From contig NC_042997.1 of assembly GCF_006345805.1 (NCBI RefSeq), positions 50,902,001 to 50,966,000 of the forward strand: a stretch of 64,000 nucleotides of DNA, read 5' to 3'. The notes under the pieces were generated by a model. That model made no database searches. It was not told where the DNA came from and saw only the letters and a program-made list of their open reading frames with translations. Made by a program: the position numbers and the translations under genes. Numbering within the stretch: position 1 is the stretch's first letter; each line of letters starts with the position of its first letter. This document shows, in pieces, positions 49,840-64,000 of this stretch. Source of the stretch: Octopus sinensis (Eukaryota).

Positions 49840-52800
49840 CCCCGCTACAACGGAATGGACAACATGCAAAATTAGAGGTGATGCAAACACTGGCGTCCAA
49901 AAGCCAGCGTAACTGGACGAAAGTAGAGCTGGAAGTTTTCATCAGAGGATGGAGCTCGGCCGACAGATCGCAACCAACTAAAAACATAGCGGCGACCCTG
50001 AAAAGCCATGGGCTTTATGAGGACGTTGGCGCAAGTAGAGAGGAAGAAAAGAGAAGTCGAAAGGGCCTACACTCTCATTGCACCACACATGGCTTTGCTA
50101 AGCCAAGTCCTCAGGTGGACAAGACAAAGAGAGAGAGAGATGGAAACAGGAAACACACCAACCACAGAGTGTCAAAAAATGACACGCCCACTGCCACAGT
50201 CGAAGAAGGCAAGCAGGGCAAACAACAGATAGGCGGCGATGGGGAAACAGAAAAATAACCACCCGGATGAAAAGACCTATGCAGAAAGGAACCAGTGGAC
50301 AACCGTCCAACGGAGGAAGAAAAAACAGAGAGGAACTGGGGACAAGAAACCCAGATAACATGCAAATTCTTCCGGAATGGAACCTGCTGGCATGGAGAAA
50401 CAGGGGAAGGATGCAGGTTCGCTCATTAAAAAAAACAACAGGCCCTATGGAAATTGCATCAACCCACTCAACCAAAATGCCTTAACCAAACCAGAAACAA
50501 AAGGCCAGAACAAAGAAATTTTGTGGAAATGGCAGAGAAAATTGTGGGACAACTGGCCTGATACATCGTCTTCAGAGCCAGGGGCACTCACAACAGCACT
50601 CAAGACCACCACAATCAAGGGACCCAGGTGGCCACCGCTGACGCCGGCCCAGGTGCCACACCGTCAGCCTTTATTGACACCCCGGGTGTCTCACCAGTGC
50701 TTCGCTGAATGTCAGAGGTCTGGTGAAACCCATTAATATGGGTAAAATTCCTTACCTTAGGACTTGAGCACAAGCAACCATGCAATATGCTAGCGCTGAC
50801 TGAAACGCACCTGTCAAGCAGTATAGCAGATGCAGAAATACACATACCGAAGTATACTGTTTTTCGGTCGGACAGGAAGGAAAGAACTCATGGTGGGGTT
50901 GCCCTGTACGTCCGTGAAGATTGTCACACCCATAGTACTGTTGACACACTCAAACTCAGTCTGTGACACACTGATAGTACACATGAAACAACCGAAAATA
51001 GTAATATGTGTCACATATCGGCCACCAGACACCCCTAGTCATGAAGGAGTGTTTGAAGATAGCCTCAGAGAATAGAAGAAGTCCTGGACAAACTGACCAG
51101 GGTAACACCATTCTACTGCTGGGAGATTTTAACCTTCCGAAAGTCAAATGGCCAGATGGCCATCTCCTCCCTGGAATGACATCACTTGAACAGAGACAGA
51201 CAGAGTCCTTGTTGGCTCTCACACGCAAGTTTTCATGGAGCAAGCAGTGCTTCGGCCAACAAGAGGTGAGAATGTCTTGGACCTCTGTTTCACAGCAACC
51301 CGATGCTCATCCACAACATAATGGTAACACCAACAATTCTCTCAGATCACAACTTAGTAGAGGTAATGATTATGGTATGAAGAGTTAGTTGAGACGCAGC
51401 CATTAGAAATACCACAGGCCTATCCAGTCTAAACTTCCATAAGGCAAACTGGAAGAAGATCAACGAAGAGATCCGAAAACATGACTGGAGTGACTTCATC
51501 ACCACACAAGACACCAACACACATTTCCAACATTTCATGACAACAATACAGAACATATGCATAAGTTTGTCCCGGAGAAAAAGCCAGCGGGCATAGGAAC
51601 GTTATTCCCAGAGACAGGAAAATACTTATGAGGCGAAGAGCTAAGCTCTCGAAGCAACTGAATGCACGGCAGAGAAACAATGAGGGACTCCACCTGAAAC
51701 TTTTTGAAACGGAAACTGCACTCAAACTTCCTATGAGAAGGAGAGGGCAGAGAGAGAAGCCAGGGCCATAGAGAATATTAAAACAAACCCTAAAGCCTTC
51801 TTTAAATTTGCGAAAGAAACCACCTCGGTACACTGCAAGATTGGCCCACTCTTTGATAAAAAGGGCTCTCTAACTGAGGACCCCCAAGGGATAAGTGAAA
51901 TACTAAAGGAACAGTATAAAAGTGTGTTCACATCCCCTCTGGGGCACATGCAAATCACAAACCCAGAAGTTTTCTTTGATGCCACAACACTCCAAACCAA
52001 ACAACAACCATCGACCACATAGACATAACAGAGAGGGATGTAATATCTGCCATAGAAGAAATGAAATAAACTCAGCTGCTGGACCAGATGGATTCCCAGC
52101 AGTCCTCCTAAAAACATGCAGGCATGCCCTAGCGGGACCACTGAAGGAGCTCTTCAGTGGTTCCTTGGCTAACGGTTAAACTGCCCAGGGCGCTAAAAGG
52201 CACCATATGCCCTATCCACAAAGGAGGGAGTAGAGCAGAGGCCAAAAACTACAGGCCAGTCTCCCTGACGTCACACATAAGTAAGATCATGGAACGAATC
52301 ATCAGAAAAAACTGATCACGTTCCTCGAAGAAACTAACCGTCTCACTGACACACAGCATGGCTTTCGCCCAGGAAGAAGCTGCCTTACGCAGCTGTTACA
52401 ACACTACGACTGGGTACTGAAACAACTACTGGATCGCTCACAGGTGGATGTGGTATATCTCGACTTTGCGAAGGCCTTTGACAAAGTCGACCACGGAGTG
52501 ATATGTCACAAATACTCACTCGGCATAACAGGAAAAGTAGGTGAGTGGATACATGACTTCCTGAAGGACAGAGCCAGATGGTTGCAGCCAATGGAGCCTC
52601 TCGGGAAGACACCATAGCAAGCGGGGTGCCACAGGGCACAGTCTTGGGACCCTTGCTGTTTTTGGTGGCGCTCTCTGACATGCCCTTGGTAGCACAAACA
52701 ACATCCCTCACTAGCTATGCTGATGACACAAAGGTAGCACAGGCAATCAAAAACCCGCTGATGCTGACCTTTACAACAAGATCTGGATGCCATATACAAA

Positions 52801-53698
52801 TGGGCTGAAGACAACAACAACATGCAATTTAATGCTGGTAAATTTCAAGCCTTACAATATCAAGCTGTAAACACATATACATTACAACACAACTATACTG
52901 GTCCAGGAGGATCGAAATCCAGTATCGAAATCAATACGGGACCTCGGGATAGACATGAGTGACGATGCATCTTTTTCTTCACACATCGCGAAGGTGGCGA
53001 CAATGTGCAGACGACTCACTGGCTGGATCCTGAGGACATTCCGGACAAGAGACTGCGAGACCATGTTGACACTATGGAGGACATTTGTCCTAAGCCGCCT
53101 GGACTACTGCTCCCAACTGTGGTCACCGCATAGTGTCAACTAACCACAGAGCTTGAGACAATCCAAAGACATTTCACCAAGAGGATTTCCACCATGAAAG
53201 AAAAGAACTATTGGGAGAGGCTTAGGGAACTCAATTTGTACTCCTTGGAACGAAGACGAGAGAGATATGCAGTGATATACATATGGAAAATCCTGGAGGG
53301 ACTAGCACCAATTTTGGAATTGAGAGCTGTTCCAATCCCCGTACAGGACGTCACTGTGTGGTGCCAAAGGTCCCTCTTTCCACATCCAGGGTAAGGAGCA
53401 GATACTGTAATAGCCTGGGGTTCAGGGGCCCTCAGCTGTTCAACAAACTGCCAAAAAACTAAGAGATCTACATGATGCGGATGTGGACATTTTCAAAAAA
53501 CATCTAGACAAGCTGCTTTCCGGGATCCCAGATGAACCTACTGCAAGGTACGAAGGTAACCTAAGGGCAGCAGCTCTACAAACTCTCTCTAGATCAGTGG
53601 CCAGCCACGGCAAACTGGACTTAGAGAGGGTAGCACAAGGGCGGTGCCCCAGCATGGGCCTCAGCCGATGGCTGAAACAAGTAAAAGAGTAAAGAGTA
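49840..53698 (+). mobile_element. Near full-length CR1/L2-type non-LTR retrotransposon (ORF1 + APE-RT ORF2), frameshifted
   Basis: ORF1 from ~49878. Endonuclease motifs LNVRGL, YRPP, LLGDFN; RT motifs YLDFAKAFDKVDH, SGVPQGTVLGPLLF, SYADDTK; C-terminal LDYCSQLWSP and YWERL..LNLYSLERRRER; 3' tail ends gtaaaagagtaaagagta. Confidence 0.92.
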
Positions 53699-54149
53699 TA
53701 TATATTAATATATGTAATATATTATTTATAATATATATTATATGTATATATATAATATGTATATATGTATATATATATATATATGTATATCTGTATATAT
53801 ATATATATATCTGTATATATATATATATATATTCTGGGGGGTATATATATATATAATACTATATATATTATATATATAACATATATATATATATATATAT
53901 ATATCATATATATATATATATATATATACATATATAATATTATATATATATATCCATATATATATATATATTACATATCTATATATACATATATATATAT
54001 ACATATATATATACATATATCTAATACATATATATATACATATATATATACATATATATATACATATGATATTATATATATATATATAATATTATATATA
54101 TATATATAGATATTATATACCTTATATATATATATATATATATATCCCA

Positions 54150-54185
<36 letters not shown>

Positions 54186-54379
54186 CCCATATATATATAT
54201 TACCATATATAGAAATGAGAAAAAAAAAAAATGTATATATATATCTATGTGTAGATATAGATATATGTGTATATAATATATATATGTGTATATATATATA
54301 TATGGTGTATATATATATAGTGTGTGTATATATAGATAATGTTAAATATATATACTATGTGTGTATATATATATTATAT

Positions 54380-55064
54380 GTGGAAATGTCGACGGCTGGC
54401 TGTTGGATTCTAGAACCTTTAGAACAAGAGAACAAGAAACCATGATGGTCCCTCTGGAAGACACTTGTCCTAAGCCACTTTGACTATTGCTCTCAGCTAT
54501 GGTCACCATCCAGTGTCAAGTTGATCACAGAACTTGAGGCGACCCAACGAAGCTACACAAGAAGATAGCCTCTATGCAGAAGTAAGCTACTGGGAAAGAC
54601 TCAAGAGATTAAATTATATTCCCTGGAGCGTAGGCGGAAAGATATGCCATAATATACATTCTGGAAGATCCTGGAGGAAGTTCCCTGACTTTGGCATCGA
54701 GATTACGCAAATGCCAGAACTGGGCGCCACTGCGTGGTGCCTAGGACTCCAACCTGCCATCAAGATTAGGACAAGATTCTGTGATAGCCTGGGCTTCCGG
54801 GCCCACAGCTCTTCAATATCCTCCCGAAGAATCCTGAGAGACCTGCATGGGGTGGATACAGATGTCTTTAAAATGAAGCTGGATCTCTTCCTGTCAGGTG
54901 TCCCAGATGAACCAACTTCACGGCAGGAGGGGCAGATGAGGGCAGCTGCATCGAACTCTCTCATGCACAATAGCAGTTGCTAGAAAGCCTCCATGAAGTG
55001 AAACCAAGTAGCAACACAAATGGCGGTGCCCCAGCATGGCCACAGCTCATAAAGCTGAAACTAG

Positions 55065-55097
<33 letters not shown>
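54380..55097 (+). mobile_element. 3'-terminal ~700 bp copy of the LINE at 55857-59040, with (CAAT)n tail
   Basis: Near-identical to ~58330-59040 apart from scattered small indels and a few substitutions. Confidence 0.88.
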
Positions 55098-55098
<1 letters not shown>

Positions 55099-55101
55099 AT
55101 G

Positions 55102-55137
<36 letters not shown>

Positions 55138-55437
55138 GTATATATATATATATATATATATGTTATTATATATATGTATATATATATATATATATATTAT
55201 ATATATGTATATATATATATATTATTGTATATATATATATATATATAATATATTATATATATATATATAGATATATATTATGTATATACTATATATATAT
55301 ATATATATATGTATATGTATATTATATATATATGTATATATAATATATAATATAGATTTTATATATGTATGTATATATATATATATGTATATATATATAT
55401 GTATATATAGATATATATGTATATATAATATATATAT

Positions 55438-55488
<51 letters not shown>

Positions 55489-55856
55489 GTATGTATATAA
55501 TATATATGTATATATTATATATATAGTATATATATTATATTATATATATATATATATATATGTATATTATATATATGTAATATATATATATATATAATAT
55601 ATATGTATATATTATATATGTATATATATATATATATGTATATATATATGTATATATATAATATATATGTATATATATGTATATATATGTATATATGTAT
55701 ATATATATGTATATATATATATGTATATATATGTATATATATGTTATATATATATATGTATATATGTATATATATTATATATATGTATATATGTATATAT
55801 ATGTATATATATATATGTATATATATGTATATATATGTATATATATATAATCTTTT

Positions 55857-58800
55857 TGGCATGGCACAAAAGATTGTACAGCAGCTAACCTGGCTCCCAT
55901 CAGGCTCAGGCTCGCAGATGGAACTGCCCACGGTTCACAAGACCGCCACAGCAGATGGACCCAGGGTGGACACCACCGCAACAGCATACACCTCACCTCG
56001 ATGCTCCTACTGAACATCAGAGGACTACTAACACACAGTAACAGGACAAAGTCCCGTTCCTGAGAGACTTTGTCGCATGCAATCAAGCCTTATGCATAGC
56101 ACTCACAGAAACGCATCTGAAACCGGACATAGCAGATGCGGAATACACATACACAGTAATGTTGTACTACGGACCGACAGGAAGAAAGAGTCATGGAGGA
56201 GTTGCTATGTACATCCGTGGGGACCTCACACCCCAGGTCCTTTTGTCATACTCAAACTCGGTGTGTGACACACTAATTGTACACATAAGGCAACTTGATG
56301 TAGTTGTGTGTGCTACATATCGCCCTCCAGATGCCCAAGTCATATATGGGCAAGTTTGAGGACTGCCTTTAAAAATAGAAGAAGTTCTAACCACATTAGA
56401 ACAACACATAAGTGTACTCTCATGGGAGACTTCAATCTAGAATCTACTACCGAATGTCAGATGGCCCGAGGGCCTTTCTCTCCCGGAATGACAAGATGTG
56501 AACGATGACAGGCGAGGTCCCTCCTGAACCTCACCAACACCCTTACATGAGCAAGTAATACTCCAACCAACCAGAGCGGGTAACACACTGGATCTCTGCT
56601 TCACAAATAATATGATCTCATCCTATTGTGAAAGTGACACCGACCACTACTCTCGGATCACAACATGGTAGAGCTGACCATGTACGGGCCAAAAGAGAGC
56701 CACGGACATGCAGCCTACAAGAAACCCTCAGAGTCTTTTCCAGCTTGAACTTCAATAAGGCAAACTGGAAACAAATTGAGAAAGAGATCCTCAACAAACT
56801 GGCCTGAATGTCTCTCCTCGCCGGACATCGACATGATACTTCAACAATTCATGTCTGTAATGCAAGCCATATGCTACAAATGTGTCCCAGAGAGAAAGGC
56901 CACTGTACACAAAACAAAATCCCCAGAGAGAGAAAAATTTTAATGAGACGGCGCACAAAATCTCAAATCGCCTAAACAAACAAATTGAAGCAGTGAAAGT
57001 CCCGCCTGAAAATAAAACTGTTGGAAATTGAAAATTGTCTGCAACTCTCCCATGAGGAAGAAGAGCAGACAAAGAAGCCTGGGCTATAGACAACATAAAA
57101 AATAAACCCAGAGCTTTCTACAGGTATGCCAAAGAACAGCTACGGTGCACTGTAGGATAGGGCCACTCCTTGAAAAGGATGGCACACTCACAGGAAAACC
57201 AATGAGGGTAAGTGAAATACTGAATGAATAATTCAAGAGTGTTTTCACTCCACCCGTTGGGCATTCCAAATCAGCAATCCAACTGACTTTTTTACCACTG
57301 CAGATATAGAATCAGAGGCGGCGACGTTAAATTACATCGATATAAGGAAGATGATGTAATAAAGGCTATAGATGAAATGAAAATAGACTCAGCTATTGGG
57401 CCCCGATGGATTCCCGGCAATCCTCCTAAAAGTATATAGAGAGTCTTAGCAAGACCACTGCAGTTCCTCTTTCAGAGCTTCCTTGCAGTGGCAAACTTCC
57501 AAGAAAACTGAAGGAAGGTAAAATATGCCCTATTCATAAAGGAGGTAGCAGAGCGGAGGCAAGAACTACAGACCTATCTCTCTGACCTCACACATCAGCA
57601 AGGTCATGGAACGAATAGTCAGAAGGAACTAATCACCTTCCTTGAAGAAAATGACTTGCTGCCTGACACCCAACTGGTTTCCGACCAGGAAGAAGCTGCT
57701 TAACTCAGCTCCTGCAGCAACTATGACTGGGTGCTGAAACAACTGCTCAACCACTCAAAGTGGAAGTCATATATCTCGACTTCGCACAGGCCTTCGATAA
57801 GTCGATCATGGAATGATATGTGTCACAAACTGCGTGATCTTGGCATAGTTGGAAACTAGGAGAATGGCTTCACGACTTTCTGAGAATGAAGTCAGGTGGT
57901 AGTGCCAATGGGCCCACTTCCATTAGCACGCAAATAGTGAGCGGGTTCCACAGGGCACTGTTTTGGGACCACTACTACTGTTCATAATGGCCCTCTCAGA
58001 CATGCCCTCAGCCACGCGGAGAGCCACGATCACAAGTTATGCAGATGATACAAAGTTTCACAGGCAATACAGAACCCTGAAGACACTAGGCACCTGCAAT
58101 ATGAGCTGGACGAAATTTACAAGTGGGCTGAAAAGAATAGCATGCAGTCAATGCTGAAAGTTTCAAGCTTTATACTATCAGCATGCAAAACTGAATGCAA
58201 TACCCAAGGAATACACTGGACCCGGAGGGATTGCAATCCCAGAGGCACAATCAGTGCGTGACCTGGGTATTCACATGAGTGATGACGCGACCTTTCATGT
58301 ACATGTTGCTAAACTGAACAGTGAAATGCAGACGCCTGGCGGGATGGATTCTTAGAACCTTTAGAACAAGAGAACAAGAAACCATGATGTCCTCTGGAGA
58401 CACTTGTCCTAAGTCACTTTGACTATTGCTCTCAGCTATGATCACCATCCAGTGTCAAGTTGATCACAGAACTTGAGGCGATCCACACGAAGCTACACGA
58501 AGAAGATAGCCTCTATGCAGAATGTAAGCTACTGGGAAAGACTCAAGAGATTAAAATTATATTCCTGGAGCGTAGCGGGAAAGATATGCCATAATATACA
58601 TCTGGAAGATCCTGGAGGGAAGTGTCCTGAACTTTGGCATCGAGAGTTACGCAAACGCCAGAACTGGGCGCCACTGCGTGGTGCCTAGGACTCCAACTTG
58701 CCATCAAGATGTAGGACAAGATTCTGTGATAGCCTGGGCTTCCGAGGCCCACAGCTCTTCAATATCCTCCCGATGAACCTGAGAGACCTGCATGGGGTGG

Positions 58801-59040
58801 ATACAGATGTCTTTAAAAATGGAGCTGGATCTCTTCCTGTCAGGTGTCCCAGATGAACCACTTCACGGCAGGAGGGCAGATGAGGGCAGCTGCAATCGAA
58901 CCTCTCTCATAGCAACCAAATAGCAGTTGCTAGAAAGCCTCCATGAAGTGAAACCAATTAGCAACACCAAATGGCGGTGCCCCAGCATGGCCACAGCTCA
59001 TGAGCTGAACCTGGAATCAATCAATCAATCAATCAAATCA
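55857..59040 (+). mobile_element. 5'-truncated CR1/L2-type LINE of a related subfamily (APE-RT), frameshifted, (CAAT)n tail
   Basis: YRPPD, MGDFN, YLDF..AFD, GPLLF, SYADDTK, YWERLKRLKLY motifs in shifting frames; ends in caat repeats. Confidence 0.9.
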
Positions 59041-59255
59041 TATATGTATATATATGTATATATGTTATATATATGTATATATATATGTATATATTGTATA
59101 TATCTGTATTATATATGTATATATAATGTATATATATGTATATATATTGTATATATATATATATATATATTATATTGTATATATATATGTATATAAATTG
59201 TATTATATATGTTATATATATGTATTATATATATAATATGTATATATCTATATAT

Positions 59256-59289
<34 letters not shown>

Positions 59290-59298
59290 ATGTATATA

Positions 59299-60080
59299 TC
59301 ATCATCATCATCATCATCATTTAGCGTCCGTTTTCCATGCTAGCATGGGTTGGACGGTTCTACTGGGGTCTGTGAAGCCAGAAGGCTTCATCAGGCCCAG
59401 TCAAATCTGGCAGTGTTTTCTAAGGCTGGATGCCCTTCCTAACGCCAACCACTCCTGAGTGTAGTGGGTGCTTTTTACGTGCCACCACACTGGTGCCAGA
59501 CGAGCTGCAAACGGCCACGAACGGATGGTGCTTTTTATGTGCCACCGGCACGAGGGCCAGGCGAGGCTGGCAACGGACACGAAACGGGGCGGTGCTGGCA
59601 ACGGTCGCGAAACGGAAAGTTCTCTTACATGCCACCGGCACTGGTAACACATCTGCAATTTCCATTGATCGATTTCCATTGATCGATTTTCGATTCTGAT
59701 CCTCACTTTGCCTCAATGGGTCTTCACAAGCAGAGTTTCGACATGCCCCGGCACTGGTAGCACATCCGCAATTTCCTTGATCGATTTCAATTCTGATCCT
59801 CACTTGCCTCAACACGTCTTCACAGTAGTTTTGGTGTCCCAAGAAGGAAGGTATGCATACGTAGGCTGGCTCCATCCCATGTAGAAGGCCACGGGTTGTG
59901 GACTCACTTGTCCTGGCCGGGTCTTCTCGCGCACAGCACACTTCCAGAGGTCTCGGTCTCTAGTCATTTCCTCAGTGAGACCTAAAGTTCGAAGGTCGTG
60001 CTTCACCACCTCGTCCAGGGTTTTCCTGGTCTGCCTCTTCCACAGGTTCCCTCAACCGCTAGGGTGTGGCACTTTTTCAC
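59299..60080 (-). mobile_element. RTE-clade LINE 3' end
   Basis: VVKHDLRTLGLTEEMTRDRDLWKCAVREKTR plus same 3' UTR and (ATC)n on the plus strand. Confidence 0.85.
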
Positions 60081-60138
60081 ATATATAATATGTATATATA
60101 TATATATATATATGTATATATTATATATATATATAATA

Positions 60139-60184
<46 letters not shown>

Positions 60185-60569
60185 GTATATATATATGTAT
60201 ATATGTATCATCATCATCGTCGTTTAACGTCCGTTCTCCATGCTAGCATGGGTTGGACGGTTCGACCGGGGTTCTGGGAAGCCAGAAGGCTGCACCAGGC
60301 TCCAGTCTAATCTGGCAATTTTCTACAGCTGGATGCCCTTCCTAACGCCAACCACTCCGTGAGTGTAGTGGGTGCCTTTTACGTGCCACCTGCACAGGTG
60401 CCAGGCGGGCTGGCAACGGCCACGGTCAGATTGGGTGTATATATATATGTATATATATATGTATATATATATATATATATATATGTATTATATATATATA
60501 TATATATGTATATATAGTATTATATATATATATATATTATATGTATATATATATTATATATTGTATATA

Positions 60570-60665
<96 letters not shown>

Positions 60666-61261
60666 GTAAATATATATAAAAATATATATATATATGTATA
60701 TTTATTCTCTCTCTCTCTCTCTCTCTATCACACACACACACACACATACAAGAAAATAGTGTTTTGCCTTATTTACTATAAAGAATTATTTTTGATTGTA
60801 ATTTTTTGACACTTATTTCTAGTACTGCTTTATAGTGTATCACAATTTGTTGTAATGCCTTCAATTGCTACAACTTTGAACCTTATATGGAAACTAAAAA
60901 TATCATCATTACCATCATGATGAAATCTTGCCAGACTCAAGTTTATTTTCTTTTCCACAGGTTAATCAAAAAAAAATATTTATGTAATGGTACTGGTGTC
61001 AAGCCAATTGACTATATCTATGTAATAAATTATTACAAATAATAGTAAGAATAATTCCTTCTACTACAGACACAAAGCCTGAAATTTTGAGAGAGGCAGC
61101 TATTTGATTACATCAACTGATACTTATTTTACCAACTCTGAAGGAATGAAAAGGGGAAGTTGACCTCAGCAGAATTTGAACCCAGAACACAAAGCCAGAG
61201 GAAATACTGCCAAGCATTCTGTCCAGTGTGCTAAATAATAATAATAATAATAATATAAATA

Positions 61262-61512
61262 ATTTTCGATTTTGGATTTGGTTTGCAAGAATCTTTATAT
61301 GAGTTTGTGTGTTGAAGTATATTCTGTTGTGTTTGGGGGAGAGTCATTTTATTTTTGTGCCTTATAATATAACACACTCACCGGTAAAATTTCCACTTAT
61401 TTCTTATTTTTATTTTCCTAATTAATAAGAAATAAGTGGAAATTTTATCAGTGTGTGTGTGTTACATTAAAAGGCACAAAAAGAAAATGACTCTCCCCAG
61501 ACACAACAGAAT
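61262..61512. mobile_element. Second copy of the 9056-9390 palindromic MITE family, internally deleted
   Basis: Shares gagtcattt..ttttgtgcctta...ttatttcttatttttattttcc and its reverse complement. Confidence 0.75.
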
Positions 61513-62275
61513 AATAATAATAATCTTTTCTACTACAGGCGCAAGGCCTGAAATTTTGGGGGAAATTATGTTGACCCCACTATTTCACTGATATTGAATT
61601 TATTGACCTGAAAAGGATGAAAGGCAAAGTCAGCCTCTGTGGAATTTGAACACAACATAAAGATGGACGAAATGCCGCTAAGCATTTTGCCCAGCATGCT
61701 AACGATTCTGCCAGCTCACCACCTTATTTCAAGTTTTTGCCACAAGGGCAGTTTGGGAGATGGGATTAAGTGGATGACATCAACTCCAGTGGTACTTATT
61801 TAATTAACCCCGAAAGGACGAAAGGCAAAGGCGACCTTGGTAGAATTTGAACTCAGAAAATAGTGGCAGACAAAATACTGCAAAGCATTTTGCCTGGCAT
61901 GCTAACAGTTCTGCCAGCTCACTGCCCCAATATTAATAATAATAATAATTTTTTTTACTACCCACAAGGGGCTAAACCAGAGGGGACAAAGAAGGACAGA
62001 CAAATGGATTAAGTCGATTACATCGACCCCAGTGCGTAACTGGTACTTAATTGTTCTTAACAATGATAATGATAATAAATTTTCTAGTATAGGCACATGG
62101 CCTAAAATTTTTGGGGGTGGTAGTAGTAATAATAATAGCAATAATAATAACTCTTGTGATTAACTGGTAGTTATTTCTTCGACCCTAAAAGGATGAAAGG
62201 CAATGTAGACCCCAGAGTATTTGAACTAAGAATTCAAACCCGAAAAGAAATGCTACTAAGCATTTTGTCCAACAT
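61500..62275 (-). mobile_element. Cluster of diverged SINE family C copies
   Basis: Repeated aaaggatgaaaggcaaag...gaatttgaactc motifs. Confidence 0.7.
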
Positions 62276-62277
62276 GG

Positions 62278-62297
62278 TAATAATAATAATAATAATA

Positions 62298-62350
<53 letters not shown>

Positions 62351-62545
62351 ATAATAATAATAATAATGATAATAATAAGAATAATGATGATGATGATAAT
62401 AATAATAATAATGATAATAATAATAATGATAATGATAATAATAATGATAATAATAATAATGATAATAATAATAATGATAATAATAAGGATAATGATGATG
62501 ATAATAATAATGATGATGATGATGATGATAATAATAATAATAATA
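62278..62545. repeat. (AAT)n/(GAT)n compound microsatellite
   Basis: Direct reading. Confidence 0.95.
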
Positions 62546-63299
62546 GCCCTACTCAATCATCATCCTAGCTGTAAATAAAATTACTATTATTATTATTATT
62601 ATTATTATTATTGACATCGGCATCACTCGACTTTTCTTCCCAAAAATGTTATTTCATTGCTAAGAATGTGCAAATGAAGTAAAAGACAAAAGAGACAGCA
62701 AGACTGGTGCATGGGAGGGGCTGGGGCTGGGGAATAGGTGAGTGATCCTTCCCTCATCCTACCACACCTACTTTGTTGCAGGGTTTTATCGTATTTATTT
62801 ATTGTTTTATTTTTAAAAAAGACGGAGTGCAGGGGAAGTGTGTGTGTGTGTGTGAAGGCACAAGAGAGCAGAGCAGAGATATGGAGTGTTTGTTTGAGAG
62901 GAGGGGGTGTGTGATGAGGATTGGGGAAGGATGGAAGGCGAGAGGGTGTGTCCTCGTGCACAGATAACAAGCATCACCGTGCGACGACGCTGGTGTGGTC
63001 GGTGTAGCAGTGAGGGAATGGGAGGGGAGGTGGAGATGTGAGATAAGACGAGAGAGGATGAGGGATAGCACCTCGCCGCCCCGTACCTTTATAGCTGGAA
63101 ACAAATTTCAGTAATATCAGTAGTAGCAGTAGACAAGAGAGAAAATCACACATCTCCAATCAATGTGCACTCACTCGATCAAACAAGCAGATTCCTTCTC
63201 CTCTTCCTTCCCCCCTCTCTCATTTTCCGTGTTTGCTCATCTTGCACTTCCTCTTTTCTCCCTCTCTCTCTCACCATCTATCTGTCTGTCTGTCTACAG

Positions 63300-63331
<32 letters not shown>

Positions 63332-64000
63332 CGCTTGCTTTTACCTACCTTTTTAGTTCTGACACTTGCATAAATAGAAGATACAAGCACGCGCAATAGA
63401 GCTCGCAGTGTCACTGTCTCCAGCACGTAGGGAAGTGACAACAACATCGTTAGCAACAATCACACAAAAACAACACACACACACATGCAAACTAAAGCAA
63501 AAAAAAATTATATATAATTATTTGTAAAGGAAAAAAAAAAGGAATGCATTTTAATCTTGTAGTTTCTGTTAACATTTTATTTTCTTAATCTCCACCTCCA
63601 CCTCCACCACCACTTCCACCCCATCCAACTCCGTGTGAATGCTATAAACAGGAGGATTCTGAGCGAACAAGTGGGAATTACTGCTTTCCAAAACAAAAGA
63701 CTGCAAAACAGCATCCAGCACCAACGTCACTCCGAAGAGATTCAGAAACAGTGACTTCATAAAAACCATTCTTGACTGGGAGGAAGCGCTATACAAAGGT
63801 GCATGACGAGAGACACTGGGGTGGATTATTCCAATACAGCAGCAGGAAGAGAAACAAAACAAAACCAAAACTAAGTCCTAACGGGGAAACTTAAGAAGTT
63901 GGAGAGAGTGGTGCTGTTTTCAGGTAAACAGGTAAATAAGAAAGATAAAATAGAAAAGAGTTGGTGAGTGTGATGCAGAACTGATAATTGATATCAAAGA

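Overview
Eukaryotic, AT-rich, repeat-dense genomic DNA. The SINE/LINE families and microsatellite load suggest an octopus (coleoid cephalopod), which is an inference. The one host gene is DNA ligase 1 (LIG1) on the minus strand. I reconstructed nine GT-AG exons between 28141 and 1878 that splice in frame, running from the start of the DNA-binding domain to the active-site KYDG motif; the 3' exons lie left of the window. I found no exon for the usual PIP-box/K-E-rich N-terminus, only a tentative 11-nt start-codon exon at 30971-30981. The rest is intronic or intergenic: CORE-type and Meta-type tRNA-SINEs, many RTE-LINE 3' ends, two long frameshifted CR1/L2-type LINEs, TTAA MITEs, palindromic MITEs, a 2.2-kb 18-mer minisatellite and long (TA)n tracts. 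The best leads are a minimal hammerhead ribozyme at the centre of a ~750-bp inverted duplication, a SINE-mediated 1.24-kb tandem duplication with a visible chimeric junction, a LINE-SINE shared 3' tail, a CCCH finger in a LINE ORF1, and perfect hairpins beside LIG1 exons. I see no convincing evidence of a wholly new multi-gene system. Most long ORFs in the track are repeat artefacts.
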